64,000 nucleotides of DNA from Bacteriovoracaceae bacterium (GTDB lineage Bacteria; Bdellovibrionota; Bacteriovoracia; Bacteriovoracales; Bacteriovoracaceae), in NCBI GenBank assembly GCA_023701435.1, contig JAMPXB010000002.1, positions 48,171 to 112,170 on the forward strand, read 5' to 3'. A program made the position numbers and the translations under genes. Positions within the stretch are counted from its first letter, which is position 1; the number at the start of each line of letters is the position of its first letter. Under the pieces are notes generated by a model. That model worked only from the letters and a program-made list of their open reading frames with translations, had not been told where the DNA came from and made no database searches. This document shows positions 62,756 to 64,000 of this stretch, piece by piece.

Positions 62756-62889
62756 ATTTTAAGCCTGTGTAAAACTTTATCGTCTTACTTAGTCAAAGCT
62801 TTAAGAGGAGAGCTAAAGAGTAGTCATTAAGATATTGAAATCGAGATCGTTAACTCAAGAATATCAAGCAGTTATTAAGAGAACCTTAA

Positions 62890-64000
62890 TTATGGGTATT
62901 TGAGTCCAAGCTGATCACGTAGATGATAGAGATTACTTCGATGAAGACCTAACTCCTTGGCGGCCCCGGCCCAATTGCCCTCATGCCTTTTAACAGCCTC
63001 TAGAATAATTTCTTTTTTATAAAGAGTGAGGGCTTCTTGCAGTGTTGGGTGATGGTCACTTTGTGCTGTCAAGATCACATCAATAGCTGAAACTCCTTCA
63101 TTCATTGATGGCAGAAAGAGATGTTTGGGTTCAATTAAAATAACAGATTTATTTTTTGCCGTGTTTTCCTGTGAGGCATGCAGAGTTGCTCTGGAGATAA
63201 TATTCTTGAGTTCTCTGACGTTTCCTGGCCATTCATAATTGCTGAGTTTGTTAATAGAGGCTTCGCTTAAGCGAAAAGGTTTTGAGCCCAGTCTTCTTTG
63301 ATAAGTATCACAGAAAAAACCAGTCAGAAGAGGAATGTCATGGAGATGATCTCTAAGGGGAGGTGTAACCAGTGGATAAACATTAAGACGATGATAAAGA
63401 TCAGATCTGAATGTTCCTTTTTTTATTTCTTCTACAAGGTCTCTATTGGTGGCAGCAATCACTCGAACGTCCACTTTCCTTGGACGATCGTCTCCCACCC
63501 GTTGAATTTCTCCCTCTTGAATGGCCCGAAGAAGTTTTGCCTGAATGGACAGAGGCAATTCTCCAATTTCATCTAAAAAGAGTGTACCATTATTGGCAAC
63601 TTCAAATTTACCCATTCTATCTTGTATCGCCCCGGTGAAAGAGCCTTTTCGATGTCCAAACAGTTCACTCTCAGCAATGCTCTCAGGCAGGGCCGCACAG
63701 TTAACATAAATAAGTGGTTTGTCACTTCGCCGGGAATAAGCGTGAATTCCTCTCGCCACTAATTCTTTCCCTGTTCCTGTTTCTCCCATCACGAGCACCG
63801 CTAGATCAGATTTTGCAACCAGCTTAATATTTTCCTTGAGTCGTGTGATCTGAGTCCCAGTACCAATTAATTCCCCACCGCCTCGAGAAGAAACTTGTTC
63901 CATTAAATCCTGGGCCAGCATCCCTTGAATACGGGCAGATTCTTCAAACGTATCTAGAAGGCGTGATGTTCTAAGTGTTGCTCCTGAAAGAGCTGCAATG
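62890..64000 (-). CDS. Sigma-54-dependent transcriptional activator (5' end beyond window)
   Basis: Walker A GETGTGKE, GSFTGA (GAFTGA variant), Fis-type HTH ELGLHRSNLYHLRDQLGL. The frame stays open upstream of the track Met (63921) to the window edge, so an N-terminal sensory domain is cut off. Confidence 0.9.
   Translation of the reverse strand, partial: IAALSGATLRTSRLLDTFEESARIQGMLAQDLMEQVSSRGGGELIGTGTQITRLKENIKLVAKSDLAVLVMGETGTGKELVARGIHAYSRRSDKPLIYVNCAALPESIAESELFGHRKGSFTGAIQDRMGKFEVANNGTLFLDEIGELPLSIQAKLLRAIQEGEIQRVGDDRPRKVDVRVIAATNRDLVEEIKKGTFRSDLYHRLNVYPLVTPPLRDHLHDIPLLTGFFCDTYQRRLGSKPFRLSEASINKLSNYEWPGNVRELKNIISRATLHASQENTAKNKSVILIEPKHLFLPSMNEGVSAIDVILTAQSDHHPTLQEALTLYKKEIILEAVKRHEGNWAGAAKELGLHRSNLYHLRDQLGLKYP

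Noticed and set aside
1-64000. Looked for CRISPR arrays, rRNA/tRNA genes, transposases, integrases and prophage blocks
   Set aside because: I saw no regularly spaced direct repeats, no tRNA-like cloverleaf regions in the intergenic spacers, and no recombinase or transposase motifs in any ORF. The only phage-like gene is the isolated sheath homologue.

Overview
64 kb of low-GC (roughly 40%) chromosomal DNA from a diderm bacterium. It is densely coded on both strands, with about 80 supportable CDS. I saw no rRNA, tRNA, CRISPR array, transposase or integrase. The gene content includes a sigma-54 activator, many signal-peptide and lipobox proteins, secreted phospholipase D paralogues, a TIGR02147-like HTH protein and a DUF1566 protein. 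This would fit a Bdellovibrio-like predator, but that is inference only. Main blocks: (i) 1-3.6 kb: XdhC gene plus decayed two-component genes. (ii) 4.4-12.9 kb: copper/heavy-metal island with a multicopper-oxidase::CopB fusion, CueR, CopA P1B-ATPase, CopZ, two textbook CueR/MerR-type promoters, a MerP/MerT-like pair and DUF3347. (iii) 13-17 kb: Rrf2-linked oxidoreductase/efflux operon. (iv) 22-32 kb: phospholipid block with three PLD-superfamily genes. (v) 35-39.5 kb: exported-protein cluster containing an orphan phage tail-sheath homologue, the most unusual item found. (vi) 41.5-42.9 kb: HMA, ECF sigma and anti-sigma module. (vii) 43-47 kb: four contiguous RNA methyltransferase genes. (viii) Housekeeping genes htpX, hpf and fadD. 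(ix) 60.8-64 kb: sigma-54 activator, a small exported protein and a signal-peptide GGDEF protein. All functional calls come from motif recognition in the translations; no database search was run.
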